NCBI GenBank assembly: GCA_963719315.1
Contig: CAVRBU010000013.1
Span: 83,420 to 147,419 of the forward strand
Length of the DNA stretch: 64,000 nucleotides
Direction: 5' to 3'
DNA from: an uncultured Planctomycetota bacterium
GTDB lineage: Bacteria > Planctomycetota > Planctomycetia > Pirellulales > Lacipirellulaceae
In this document: in pieces, positions 41,738 through 56,134 of the stretch
Position numbering within the stretch: the stretch's first letter is position 1
How the letters are laid out: each line of letters starts with the position of its first letter
Made by a program: the position numbers and the translations under genes
The notes under the pieces: model-generated
Told to the model about the DNA's origin: nothing
Seen by the model: only the letters and a program-made list of their open reading frames with translations
Database searches by the model: none

Positions 41738-42018
41738 GTCGGACCCGTTTTAATCCTCTGCGCACTGCCGCTGCCGAAGCCCTGAAAAGCGCCTTGTCGG
41801 CAATGGCTCCAGCCTTGGGAACTCAGAAACCGGAGCCGAGCGCGAGAAATTGGAGAAAAAATCACTGGACGCTAGTCGCGGGAGGGGCACGTCGCTACAC
41901 TGACAGCAATTTCGAATCTGGATCGGTTCCCCGCTCAGTCCATAGGGGAAAGTCCGCTATCAGTAATCGCGGCGGGCCAGGGCATCGACAATTCTATTGC
42001 TTTTGACAATCGACGCGA

Positions 42019-45000
42019 TTGACGGAGCTTAGCAAGAGGAGTGTCCAATTCGGTGGTACGAGGGATCGCAAGCCTCGCTTTGAATGGCTGGAGGATCGCA
42101 GGCTCTTGGCGACGTTCCAGGGTCTCGGTGATCTTCCAGGCGGCGCCTTTTATAGTACAGCAGCTGCCGTGTCGGCGGACGGCTCGACTGTCCTGGGCTA
42201 CAGCCTTTCTTCTAGCAGCTATGAGGCGTTTCGCTGGAACGCGGCGGACGGCATGGTCGGTCTCGGTTATCTGACCAGTACGGACAGAGGTTTGGATGTT
42301 TCGGACGACGGCTCAACTATAGTTGGGGCGAGAATAACCATGACCGTTTTCGGGGACGAGGCAGTCCGGTGGACGACAGAGGGTGGCATTACGTCCGTTT
42401 GGCAGCTACTCGTCAACAACGGATTTGATATGACGGATTGGCCACGATTAGTACAAGCAAATGGTGTCTCTAACGATGGCAACGTCATAGTTGGAACAGG
42501 GGTATCGTCAAATTCACCGGAAGCATACCGCATGACGGAAATGGGAGGCATAGTTGGTCTCGGGGAGCTAGCGGGCGGGCTGGTTGGGAGCTATGCCCTC
42601 GCAGTGTCGGCCGATGGATCAACTGTCGTTGGGTATTCATATTCATCCGAAAGGGTGGTTGGGTTTAACTCATACGAGGCGTTCCGCTGGACGGCAGACA
42701 GCGGCATGGCAGGTTTAGGAATTCTCCCAGGTGGTTATTTAAGCCGAGCTACGGCGGTCTCCGCCGATGGATCAATCGTCGTAGGTCAATCAGAGTCAGG
42801 TTCACCGGAATCCGGACGCGTGGGGCTGGCCTTCCGCTGGACGGAAGATGAGGGGATTGTCAGTCTCGGCGATTTACCGGGTGGGTCTACGTCTAGCTAT
42901 GCGTCTGACATCTCGGACGATGGGACAGTCGTAGTCGGGTCTTCGGATTCGGGAAGCGCCTTTGGGGCAGAGGCTTTTCGCTGGACGCCAGGTAAAGGAA
43001 TGGAGTCAGTGCGACAGCTCCTAATTGACTCTGGGGTTGATTTGACGGGCTGGCACCTAAGTGGTGCTCATGGCGTCTCTGCCGATGGTCGCGTGATCGT
43101 GGGAGATGGCATTAACCCCAACGGTCAGTATGAAGCATGGCGAGCGGTTCTGGACGAAGTTGTTGGCCTTGCCTGGGACGAAGATGTACCTCGTGCCTAC
43201 TCGACGAAGACCGATGAAACAGGCAATGTCGACACGTTTGTCAGTGCTGGCACGACTGCGGCGGGGTACGTTGACGAAGCGACGAGGATGGAAATCCGTC
43301 AGCGACTAGCAGGCATTTATCTCGATGCGGGCATCGAACACATTTCATTTGTTGACGGATTCGTGGAAGGTGCGACCAATATCTATTTTGCTGATCAATT
43401 GCCGGGCAGCAATCTGCTAGGTGATGCCTTTACGGAAATCGACCAATACAATAAACGACATGATGATGGCGTCGTCGTGTTTCTCACGGGAAGTACGGAT
43501 GCGGCGGTAGTGAGCGCAGCCCACGAACTCGGTCACGCCTTCGGACTCCGCCATGTGAATCCGGGGCCAGAATGGGATCCCGGAGATATTGAAGTGATGG
43601 ATTACCATATTTCCACCGGGGTCGATGAGACCTTTATCAATGCCACTACGGAGATTAAGGACCTATCCCAAAATACGTGAACGGGTGTTATTTCCGTGCG
43701 TAGGAAAAGGTGAGGAATGGTTTCCGTTCGAATCTCGTCTTTGCTTGCACGGAGGTGTACATGCACTGCGATTGGCAGGGCAAATTTGCTTGGATGCCCG
43801 AAAAGCTTTGGCGGCAGCTTGAACCCTTGCTGCCGAAGTATCCGCGATCCACGAAGGTTGGGCGACCCCGCGCGAATCTGCGCCGTTGCCAGCGGCATTC
43901 TTTATCTGTTGCGCACCGGCTGCCAGTGGAAGGCGCTGCCGCCACAATTTGGCAGCCCCAGTACCGTTCATCGCTATTTCCAAGAGTGGACTCGCCTGGG
44001 TATTTGGCAACGGTTTTGGAAACGGGCGCTGGGGAAGTACGATCAGAAGCGCGGCATCGCTTGGCGCTGGCAGTCGGTGGACGGCGCGACAACTAAGTCG
44101 CCGCTGGGAGGGGAAAAAAACCGGGAAAAACCCCACCGATCGAGGTAAGCTCGGAGTCAAGCGATCGGTCTTGACCGACGCCCGCGGCGTTCCTCTGGGC
44201 GTCGCGATTGACGGCGCCAATGCTCACGACCAACGTCTTCTGCGCGACACGCTTCGCTCCATCCCGATTCGACGACCCAGCCGTCGGCGCAAGCAGCACC
44301 TGTGTCTCGACAAGGGATACTTTGGCGAACCGTCGACAGCTACGGCGAATCGTTTCGGGTACGTGCCTCACATCCGCTGCCGTGGCGAGGAGCAGCGTCG
44401 CTGTCGCGCCGGCCACAAAGCTCGACGCTGGGTTGTCGAAGCCGCGCATTCTTGGACCAACCGCGCCCGCAGGCTCCTGATCCGTTGGGAAAAGAAGGCG
44501 GCTAACTATCTTGGGTTCGTTCATCTACAATTCGCCCTCATCGCCTTAAGGCGATGTGGAATTTTGGGATAGGTCCTAAGTATCTGGAAAGAAACCCCGC
44601 TACTGGAGCGGGACTTTTCCATAACCCCGTATATCACCTGAAGCGCTATGTCGACCTTGTCAGTCATGAAGATTTAGTCTCGCAAGGATTCGTTTGGGGC
44701 GGATGGGATGAACTGCCGAGTGAGGGAGGTCAGAGCGATCTGAATCTGTCAAACATTCAAATCAGAATGGAATTCGGTGAATCAAACCTTCAGCTTCACG
44801 ACGTTCACGTTTTCGCCGGCGTCTCAGCTCAAGACCACGCTGTTATTGAACTGGCCAGTTTTTCGTCGCTTGGCCTTCAGGAGCTAGAGCAACTGTCGTG
44901 GACTATCAGTCAAGGAACAGTTTTGCAACTACTGGCAGCGTCGAGTACAGGAGGAGCGCTCGACGTGATCCTAGCAACGGGCGATCCGTTCAATTCTTCA

Positions 45001-45675
45001 ACACGCGGTGTTCCGGCTACTTCGGGCACTAGTCCTTTTTCTCTGCAGTTGATCACAAACTCAACGGGAGGTTTTACGACGCTTGTCTCGGCATCTCTCA
45101 TCGGGCCGTCTCCCGACTACAACGACAACGGTGTTGTCGACGCGGCCGACTACGTGCTGTGGCGCAAAACGCTTGGCACGATGGGCGTCCCGGCGTACTC
45201 CGGCGCGGACGGCGACGGCGACGGCATGATCGACCAAGACGACTACGACGTTTGGCACGCCCATTTCGGTCAGCAGATCCCAGCCGCCGGTGCCGCCAGC
45301 GGCGCGACGCCTGCAGCGGGCAGCGCGAGCGGCGAAGAATCGAGCAATCTGGCAGTCAATTCCTCCAACGCCATCCCAGCTACGTCTTTGATGGTGCCCG
45401 AAATATCGAGTGAACCACTCGAGTTGCCTGCTTCAGGTGTTCGCATGAGCGCTGCGTCAGACTACAAGCGGGCCGTCGCCGCCGCACTGAAAGTGAACAC
45501 AAACCGTGAGGAAGCACTTACCGCTTGGCTGGTGTCTCAACGCAACCAGCGCGATAAGTGGCAATTCGAATTCGATTTTCAGTCTGGCGATAATCTCGAT
45601 TCCACACGAAGCAACGATGCCTTTGCATGCATCGACGCAGGATTCGAATCCCTGTTGCAATTCGATTTCCGCTGA
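42019..45675 (+). pseudogene. Large extracellular protein (HAF repeats, HEXXH domain, dockerin-like) disrupted by an IS5
   Basis: EWLEDRRLLA, repeated VSADGSTVVG/EAFRW, AHELGHAFGLRH, DYNDNGVVDAADYVLWRK; removing the IS restores TEIKYLERNP. Confidence 0.88.
43659..44576 (+). mobile_element. IS5-family element (two-ORF frameshift type), copy 1
   Basis: TIR GGACCTATCCCAAAAT, TAA duplication, LRTGCQW, GKNPTDRGKLG, LDKGY, RWVVE; slippery GGGGAAAAAAA. Confidence 0.93.
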
Positions 45676-45913
45676 CGCCGCCATCACGAGTTAAGTAAAG
45701 CACTGTCATGGGGGAATTTGCAGTTTGAAGTAAGCGCGTACGGTGTGCGCTCCTACCGGAGGGTAGTTTTTTCGGGCTCGTTGTCGAGCGAGTTGAAGGC
45801 CACGGGCACGTCTCAGTCGGCATTGGTGGTTCGTTCTCGCCACCCTGGTAGAACTCCGAAGCTCGCAAGCTCCACACTGTCTCATCCGGCGTTCGAACCG
45901 CCGACAGAGCATT

Positions 45914-46021
45914 ACGTTTCAGCACGGGCTCGGGTGCTCATTTCTGAGGTGTCCGACGACATTGGACACCAGCCGGTCGCGAGTCGCATCGTCCATGACT
46001 TTGCGCACCAACGTGCCGGGC

Positions 46022-46023
<2 letters not shown>
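45914..46023 (-). pseudogene. Remnant of a monofunctional catalase C-terminus
   Basis: QPGTLVRKVMDDATRDRLVSNVVGHLRN then shifted EPVLKR. Confidence 0.6.
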
Positions 46024-48451
<2,428 letters not shown>

Positions 48452-48496
48452 GCGTAGTGCGAACTTTGCGCCATGGGCGGACGGCCGTCGGGCGGT

Positions 48497-48790
48497 GACT
48501 CGACGCGCTCATCGTGCGAACCGAGGCTGGAGTGCGCAAGGCGGTCAATTGGAACTCGCCGCTGTACGGAGTCGAGCGCCACGGAGCGGCGGGGGCTGGT
48601 TCCTCGGCATCCATTGCTTTGCGAAGTACATCAAGGTGGCTCTCTGCTGCGGCACGTCGCTGCGTCCCGTCCCCCCGGCGAGTCGAAGCAGAAGGCCGTG
48701 CACTACCTCAACATCCACGAGGACGGCCAGTTCGACGAAGCTCAGTTCGCCCCGTGGGTGAAGCAAGTGAGCCAATTTCCCGGCGACTCT
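48497..48790 (+). pseudogene. Degraded DUF1801-family gene
   Basis: Fragments across frames: VRKAVNWNSPLYG, GWFLGIHCFAKYIKVA, PPGESKQKAVHYLNIHEDGQFDEAQF. Confidence 0.7.
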
Positions 48791-48898
48791 TGCTTTCAGT
48801 TGCGATGGACCGCTCGCCCGGCTAGGTCCAGTAGCGCCGGCCTGAAGCTGCGGGCGAATCGGTCCTAGCTCAGCGTCGAGCCGGGGGACAAGGTGACT

Positions 48899-49010
48899 GC
48901 GTAGATGTAGAATGACTGGCCGATCAGGCGTGCGGGCCTGGAGCGGTACTGATGGTCTTCTCGCCGCGCAGGATCAACTCGGCATACGGCTGGCGGATCG
49001 AAAGGGCTCT
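48899..49010 (-). pseudogene. ASCH-domain gene remnant
   Basis: RALSIRQPYAELILRGEKTI then shifted YRSRPARLIGQSFYIYA. Confidence 0.65.
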
Positions 49011-49069
49011 CGAGGTCTCTCAATCGGCTTTCGCTTTGTGCGGCTGAAATGAGGTACACTGGAACGCGC

Positions 49070-50211
49070 ATGGATCGAATAGAATCGATCAACACGGAAC
49101 GCATCGAGTGGTGCTGCGCCGAGCGCGGCACCGCCCTCGAAGGCGTTGCTGCGGCCACCGGAATCTCCGACTCCACGCTCCTTCGGGTCATGGAGGGCGA
49201 AGGCGGTCTGACGTTTCGGCAACTTCAGAGCCTGGCGGCCTACTTCAACCGTGGCGTCCTCTTTTTCCTTGAGCCTGGGCGCGTCAACGAGCGCAGGCTG
49301 TACACGCCACAATTTCGAACGCTGACAAGCCAGAAGCCCGACCTGTCACCGAAGGTCAAAGACCTAATCGAGAAGGCCGAATGGTTTCGATCTTTTTGCA
49401 TCTGCAGGAAGAGCTTGGAACAGAGCGGAGCGAGTTTTCTCCGCCAGACGTCGATCCAAGTGACGTTCAGGTTGCGGCACGAGAAGTGAGACGGTGGCTC
49501 GGACTTCGAGACTACAACTCTTTTGAAACATATCGCGCGGCGGTCGAATCAAAAGGAATACTCGTACTTCGGAGCATGGGGTACGCGGGTGCATGGCAGT
49601 TCCCGCGAGAGAGTGCCGTCGCCGGGTTTTCGCTTTACTTCGAGCGCTGCCCAGTCATTGTCGTGCGCAAACAAGCATTCGAGGCCCGACAGGTATTTAC
49701 ACTCATCCATGAGTTGGGTCACATCGTTCTGCACAAAGGCAGTTTCATCGACGATGACGAGGACCTTTTTCACTATCAAGGCCGCGAACGCAACGCGAAC
49801 CGCTTCGCTGGGCGTGTACTTGTACCAAAAGCTTTCTTGGATCAGATCAATGACCGTTACCGACCCCAGAAAGTGTCGTCGTACGATGATTGGCTAAGGG
49901 AATATAGGGATCGTTGGGGCGTCAGCGGCGAAGTGATTCTTCGCCGTCTGTTGGATGTCGGGCGACTTGAAGCAGACCAGTACGAGGCGTATCGAAAGTG
50001 GCGCGCCAAAGCGCGCATGCCGTTGTCAAAGGGAGGAAGCAGACAGTATCGGCATCGCGAACCAATTCATATTTTTGGTCAATCGTACGTGCGGTCAGTG
50101 TTCGACGCGTTGCATACGAAACGCATCACATTGGCCAAAGCTAGCTCGTACCTCGACAACCTAAAGGTGTCAGATCTGCATGAATTGGAGGCGCATCTTG
50201 TAAACAGTTGA
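49070..50211 (+). CDS. XRE-HTH / ImmA-IrrE metallopeptidase fusion; frameshift near 49390
   Basis: HTH (LTFRQLQSLAAYF), FTLIHELGHIVLH, ERNANRFAGRVLVP, WGVSGEVILRRL. Confidence 0.85.
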
Positions 50212-50677
50212 CGCCTCTTCAGTAATTCATGCGTGGGATACTTACCCAATCGGCAACTTTCCGAAACTGTGGGAATGGGTCGCGGAGCAGATCTACGATG
50301 GAGAACTCGACATCTGCCGCGTGGCATACGAAACGATCGCCCGCAAGACACCCGATTGCGGCACATGGCTACAGACAAACGGCTTCAAATGCTCCGAGAT
50401 CACGAACGCTATTGCCCAGGAAGCACTGCGCATAAAGGCGATCCTCGGAATCAGACAGCGGTTCAGTGCGAAAGGAGTGGACGAAAACGACCTCTTGATC
50501 ATCGCTCGCGCGTCAATAGAAGAAATTGATCTTGTGTCAGAGGAGCGGCCCCAACGGCAGCTTCCTGCCGACTTGGCCCATTGGAGAATCCCGGCGGTTT
50601 GCCGGCATGTTGATGTTGGGGTGAACTGCGTCCAGTTCATCGAGATCATCAAACAATCGGGGCGCAAGTTGGGCTAA
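50198..50677 (+). pseudogene. DUF4411 (PIN-like) gene with a stop at codon 2
   Basis: GGAGG then TTG TAA ACA GTT GAC GCC TCT TCA = M*TVDASSVIHAWDTYP..FPKLWEW; ENDLLIIARA, LVSEE, IPAVC. Confidence 0.75.
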
Positions 50678-50763
50678 GTTTCGTATCCCAAGGCACTGCG
50701 CGGAACCGCGAGCCGAGAGCGAGCAAGGGGGCACAGAATGAGCATCGGCATCGTTCGTGCACA

Positions 50764-51200
50764 ATGAAGAAAAAGACAACTACCATGAAGAAGATGAAGA
50801 GCGACTCGATGGAAGTAACAGGAAAAGAGTCTCCCTCTCAGCTAATCGACGCGAGGATCAAGGATCTGAGTGATTGGCGGGGCGAGATGCTCGCTCGGTT
50901 CCGAACGCTCATCCGCGAGGCCGATCCCGAAGTGGTCGAGGAGTGAAATGGCGAAAGCCGACGAACTCGATGCTCGGGGTTCCGGTGTGGGAGCATGACG
51001 GAATCATCTGCACTGGGGAGACGTACAAGAGTGTCGTGAAGATGACTTTCGCCAAGGGCGCTGCGCTGGCGGACCCTGCGGGCCTCTTCAACTCCAGCCT
51101 CGAAGGCAACACCCGGCGCGCCATCGATTTCCATGAGGACGACAAGATCGATGAAAAGGCGCTCAAGGCGCTCGATTCGCGCCGCCGTGGCACTGAACGC
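50764..51200 (+). pseudogene. DUF1801-family gene with frameshifts
   Basis: SPSQLIDARIKDLSDWRGE..DPEVVEE / VKWRKP..GVPVWEHDGIICTGETYKSVVKMTFAKGA. Confidence 0.8.
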
Positions 51201-51508
51201 GTCGGCGGCGGGGTCAGGAGACCAGCGCCCAGCGCGGACCGCTCGCCCCGTCCGCTCTCAGAAGAGACCAAAGAGCGCTTGATGGGCGTCGTGAAACCGG
51301 TTAAATGACCTGCTCTCGCGGGTCGCGCAAGAAGAATACCGGCGTGTTGTTCCCCGCCATGTCGTAGTTGCCTTCGCTGGTGCACACCGGCGGTGGCTAT
51401 CGGTTTGCAGTCTAAACGCAATCGATCCCGGTCCCGCCTCTGCGACAAGCAGCCTCAGCAGCCCAGTTCACCGAGACTTCTCGCCTCCGAAGCAAAAACG
51501 GGTCGGAC

Positions 51509-52502
51509 CTGCTCAGTAGAAAACGTCTGAATGCTAGCTAAACATCGGTGTGTGTTGGTTCGTATGACGGTGGATGAAGACGAGCAAGAGTCCGAAGCGC
51601 GTGTTGGTCGAGGCACTGGCCGTGGCCCAGGCTTCGCTGCCGCGGTACTCGCATCGGTTCAGCCCACGGGTCTTCACGCAGCATCAACTGTTTGCCTGTC
51701 TGGTGCTCAAGGATTTTTACAACCTGACCTATCGGGGCACCGTTGGCCTGTTGGCGGACAGCGATTCGCTGTGCGAAGCGATCGGCCTGGAAAAGGTGCC
51801 CCACTTCACGACGCTGCAAAAGTCGGCCGATCGGTTGTTGGTGAAGAAGTCGTTTCAACGGCTGATCACGGCCACGGTCCAGCGGGCACGGAAGGCCAAG
51901 CTGCTCCGCCGCTCCGTGCGATTGGCAGCCATCGACACCAGCGGCTTCGAAGCGCGGCACACCAGTCGCTACTATGCCTGGCGTCGAAAAAAGGTGGGAA
52001 AACACGGACGAACGTGCGCCGTCTCCTATCGCCGCTACCCCAAGCTGGGCGTGGTCTGCGACACGACGAGTCATTTCTGCCTGGCGGCCCGGGCTAGCCA
52101 GGGACCGCGGCCCGACTTCGGCGATTTCCGCCCGCTCGTCGTCGAAGCGCAGGCTCGCACCGGAGTGAAGGCGGTCGCGGCGGACGCCGGCTTCGACAGC
52201 GAAGCCAACCACGTGTTGGCCCGCGACGAACTGGGGATTCAGTCCCTGATCCCCGCCGAGCACGGCCGACCGCCGGCCGGGGAACCCGTGGGCCGCTATC
52301 GAAAGCAGATGAAACGTCATTTGCACGAAAGTCGTTATGGACAACGTTGGCAGGTGGAAACCGTCTACTCGATGATCAAACGTCTCTCGGGAGAAGTCGT
52401 CAACGCCCGCACCCACTGGCGCCGCTGCCGACTCCTGCTCCTCAAAACACTCACTCACAACATCTCGATTCTCAGACAACACCTAGGTTTTCTACTGAGC
52501 AG
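51509..52502 (+). mobile_element. 994-bp IS, copy C
   Basis: Same sequence as A and B; GTCGGAC duplicated on both sides; transposase 51574-52515. Confidence 0.93.
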
Positions 52503-52625
52503 GTCGGACCTTTGATTTCCCTTGGAAGTCACTACTGGCGGAAGAGACGGTTGCGTGTCAGCGATCCTTGCGATGACGCCAAGGTCCTGCTCGGCAAGCG
52601 GGACCTACTTCTTTAGTCGAAGGAT

Positions 52626-53093
52626 TCACTTCGTTGGCCGTCCGAAGTCGATGGCTTTCGACCAGACAAAGACGTACTTCGGATCGAAGGCCGGCGCGCA
52701 TTTGCCGCAGGCGATGACTCGGCGGCGATGGCGGTAGATGACTTGCCGGCAAGAGGGGCAGGTGCCTTGGTACTTTGGGGCCGGGCGCACGATTTCTTGC
52801 CCGAAGCAACGTTGTCCGTTGCACCCGATCGACAGAGCCAATGCTTTCCACGCTGGGCCGTGGCCGGCGCCGCGAGGTGCGAGTGCATGGGCGATCTCGT
52901 GGAGAATGGTGTCCCGAACTTCCGGCTCGGCGTTTGATTCAACCAGGAATGCCGACAGTGAAATCTGCTTCTTACGGTAGTCGCACTTGCCGAACCGGAG
53001 TTTCGAGCGATCGAACGCGAACGACCAATCGGGCGACAGTCGATGCAGCCGCATCAGATGTTTCGCCAAATCTTGAGCTTGCTTGAGCGTCAT
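52626..53093 (-). CDS. SprT-like zinc metalloprotease
   Basis: DTILHEIAHAL, HGPAWK, CPSC..CGKC. Confidence 0.88.
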   Translation of the reverse strand: MTLKQAQDLAKHLMRLHRLSPDWSFAFDRSKLRFGKCDYRKKQISLSAFLVESNAEPEVRDTILHEIAHALAPRGAGHGPAWKALALSIGCNGQRCFGQEIVRPAPKYQGTCPSCRQVIYRHRRRVIACGKCAPAFDPKYVFVWSKAIDFGRPTK

Positions 53094-53120
53094 GCCATTG
53101 ATCGCAGGTAGCGACGGCGA

Positions 53121-54425
53121 TTATTCTCCAGCGTTGTTTGCGAGAGGCGCCTGTACCGCGCGGCTGAGGACAACGGCCAAAAGCATGAGCAAGCCCGACA
53201 GATAAAAGGCGTAATCGAGCGTGCCGGTCAAATCGCGAATGTATCCTGCGAGCTGCGGAATTAGAAAGGCGATGCCCCAGCCGAGGAATACCAGCCCATA
53301 CTTGAAGCCCAGGTCATTGGCGCCGAAGAAGTCGGCGGTCATCGCGGGCATGAGTGAGAGCCCGCCGCCATATTGCCAATAGGCGACACCGACCACGAGA
53401 AAGAGTAGGGGGGCGCTTCCGGAGCGCATGATGGTGGGCGTCAACAACAGACAGGCAACCGCCGCCAAGCCATTGAGCATGTACGCGCGACGCCGACCAA
53501 CTTTGTCGGAATACATTCCAGTGCCAACCCGTCCCGCCGCGTTGACGAGACCGCCGTACGACGCCAAGAGCCAGGCATTGGCGGCCAAGAAGCCCACGCC
53601 GCGGGCGGTGTCGTTGAGGATCGGCGCAGCGTTGGCGATCACGAGCAGCCCTGCCTGCGCGGAGGCGATGAACATGAGCACCATTGCGTAGAACTGCCAT
53701 GTGCCGAGCATCGACCGCGCGGACCACTGCACGGCAGCGATCGGGCGGTCCCTGGAATTCGGCTTGCCGGAGGACGATGGTCGATACGCGTCGCCAGGCG
53801 TAGAAAGTAACTGAGCGGCCGCGACGATCACGATCGCGAACATGATTCCCAGTACGATAAAGCTTTGGGAGATGCCATAGTTGGCGATCAGAGTTTTGGC
53901 TGTCGGCGCAATGTAGATAGCCGCGGCCCCATAGCCGCCCACGACCAGCCCTGCCACCAAACCACGGCGTTGTGGACCAAACCATTTCACTGCGGCCGGT
54001 GTCGCGGCCGCATAGCCCAGGCCCATACCGATGCCGCCTAACACACCGAAGCCAAGCATGAGCGCCGTGTAGCTTCGGCCGAGTCCGGCCCAGATACACC
54101 CGGAGCCGAGCGAGAGGCCGCCCAGAGTGGCGCCCCATCGAGGGCCGAGTTTATCCTGCAGCAACCCGCCGGGAATCATGAAGATGGCGAACGTAATGCC
54201 GCAGATTGCGTAGGCCCAGGTTGCTTGGGCGTTTGTTAGATAGACCCACCCCTCGTTGAGCCCGCCCATCGCAGTGCCGGCCGGATGCTCCGCACCGCCG
54301 ACGAGGTTCGCCTTCCAGATGCTCCATGCATACAGAATACCGAGGCAAAGGTTGATGGTGGTTCCCGCAAACACCACGACCCAGGCACGAGCGGGTGTTC
54401 GTTGTTCAGCGGGCGGTTCTTGCAT
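53121..54425 (-). CDS. OFA-family MFS transporter
   Basis: NLCLGILYAWS, GGIGMGLGYAA, VKWF..RRGL; about 12 TM helices. Confidence 0.9.
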   Translation of the reverse strand: MQEPPAEQRTPARAWVVVFAGTTINLCLGILYAWSIWKANLVGGAEHPAGTAMGGLNEGWVYLTNAQATWAYAICGITFAIFMIPGGLLQDKLGPRWGATLGGLSLGSGCIWAGLGRSYTALMLGFGVLGGIGMGLGYAAATPAAVKWFGPQRRGLVAGLVVGGYGAAAIYIAPTAKTLIANYGISQSFIVLGIMFAIVIVAAAQLLSTPGDAYRPSSSGKPNSRDRPIAAVQWSARSMLGTWQFYAMVLMFIASAQAGLLVIANAAPILNDTARGVGFLAANAWLLASYGGLVNAAGRVGTGMYSDKVGRRRAYMLNGLAAVACLLLTPTIMRSGSAPLLFLVVGVAYWQYGGGLSLMPAMTADFFGANDLGFKYGLVFLGWGIAFLIPQLAGYIRDLTGTLDYAFYLSGLLMLLAVVLSRAVQAPLANNAGE

Positions 54426-54635
54426 AGCGGTTTCCCCGTAGCGTGATTGACGATGGCGGTAGCGTAGCAGAGGAAACTTGGGGACGCTATTGCGCCGGGC
54501 ACCTTCATACCGGCGGCTTCGAGGAAATGCGCAGGGGATTGGCGCTCGCGGGCGAGGGCAGTGCGCCAACTTGCTGTCCAACGTGGTGCGTGGAATAATG
54601 CGTCCACACTTTTATAACCGGACGAGGATAACGCG

Positions 54636-54992
54636 ATGCCGATGTTGACTGTTGAAGGAGCTGGCCAATACGAAGTTGCTGAGGGAAAGCGCCTGGTCCT
54701 GGCGTTAGTGGAAGATGCGGGGATCGACCAATTGCACGCCTGTGGCGGAAACGCGCGATGCACGACGTGCCGCGTTGAGTTCGTTGAGGGCGAGCCCGCC
54801 CAAATCACCGTAGCCGAGCGGGATGTGTTGGCTGCAAAAGGCCTTTCCGGAATTCGACTGAGCTGCCAGATCGAGTGCAATCACGATATGACGGTTCGTG
54901 TCATCAGCCGATTGGAGGGCAGTGGCCGGAAGGACGCGGGGCACATGCCGGCGTCGGAGATTACGCCGCCGGTTGTGTGGATTGAGAAGTGA
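54636..54992 (+). CDS. 2Fe-2S ferredoxin
   Basis: HACGGNARCTTCRV ... RLSCQI. Confidence 0.92.
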   Translation: MPMLTVEGAGQYEVAEGKRLVLALVEDAGIDQLHACGGNARCTTCRVEFVEGEPAQITVAERDVLAAKGLSGIRLSCQIECNHDMTVRVISRLEGSGRKDAGHMPASEITPPVVWIEK

Positions 54993-55132
54993 GCGTCGCT
55001 ATGAGCCAGGGCGCCTTTCTCGGCACGATCAATCTCTGGTGGCGTGTGTCCAACTGCCTACTAGCGCGCTGATACGAGATACGTCAGACTGTTGGAATGC
55101 TATTTTCCTGACCGGCATAAGGAGATTGTCAA

Positions 55133-55891
55133 ATGATCCAAAAGCATTGGCTAGCGGCATTCGTAGCGGTTGCTGCGGGGTGTTTTGTGGGTGGGGGCTA
55201 TTTGCTGGCGGTCGAGTCGTCCCAACCGACAGCCCCGAAGGCGACGGCCGGCAAAGCGACCGGCGCGAAGGCCAAAGCCGTTGCGGCGTCCCGCGCGGAC
55301 GAAGTGCTCGCCCAACTGCTGGCCGGCAACGGACGCTTCGTCAAGGGACAGCTCCACAATCCGCGACGCACTCCGGACGACTTTCGGGCCGTCGCGAAAT
55401 CGCAGTACCCCCTCGCGGTGATCGTGGCTTGTGCAGACTCGCGGGTCGCGCCCGAACTGTTGTTCGACATGGGCGTGGGCGATTTGTTTGTCGTCCGCGT
55501 GGCGGGCAACGTGATGGATGGCGCAGGCGTGACCGTCAAGGGCAGCATCGAATATGCGATAGCGGAGCTGCACGTGCCGCTGGTCGTGGTGCTCGGCCAC
55601 AGCAATTGCGGGGCGGTGAAATCGGCCGTGACGCACATTGACCAGAAGGACTCGCTGCCGGGGGCGATCAATGGTTTGGTGGAATTGATCAAGCCCGCCG
55701 TGTTGAAAGTCCAGGGCCAACCGGGCGACATTTACGCCAATGCCACCCGTGAAAACGTGAGAATCGGCGTGGAGAAGTTGAAGAACTTGCAGCCGATCCT
55801 CGCGCCCGGCGTGAAGCAGGGGAGCGTGAAAGTAGTCGGCGGCGTGTACGATCTCCACACCGGCAAGGTGGAGCTGTCTCCGGCCGAATAG
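55133..55891 (+). CDS. Beta-class carbonic anhydrase, exported
   Basis: GNGRF, CADSRV, RVAGN, LGHSNCGAV. Confidence 0.94.
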   Translation: MIQKHWLAAFVAVAAGCFVGGGYLLAVESSQPTAPKATAGKATGAKAKAVAASRADEVLAQLLAGNGRFVKGQLHNPRRTPDDFRAVAKSQYPLAVIVACADSRVAPELLFDMGVGDLFVVRVAGNVMDGAGVTVKGSIEYAIAELHVPLVVVLGHSNCGAVKSAVTHIDQKDSLPGAINGLVELIKPAVLKVQGQPGDIYANATRENVRIGVEKLKNLQPILAPGVKQGSVKVVGGVYDLHTGKVELSPAE

Positions 55892-55930
55892 CATTACGAT
55901 TGTTATCGTATCGCTGTTAGGAAGAGAACC

Positions 55931-55965
55931 AAGGGCCAGAACCGATGTATGTAAATCGTTCTGCC
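55931..55965. repeat. Family P palindrome (degenerate)
   Basis: AAGGGCCAGAACCGATG...AAATCGTTCTGCC. Confidence 0.6.
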
Positions 55966-56134
55966 TCAATGTTTTCTGCGAAGGGTATTATCGCGAATTT
56001 GCCGAATCCGTGGAAAAATGCTTGACCTAGTAATTGGTTTGGATTAGCTTAAGAGCGCATATGGGGCAGATCGGCTCGCATCCCCAAGTAGTGTTGTCAT
56101 CCCCCTCTCCTCAAATCAGATTAGGAGGCGACTA

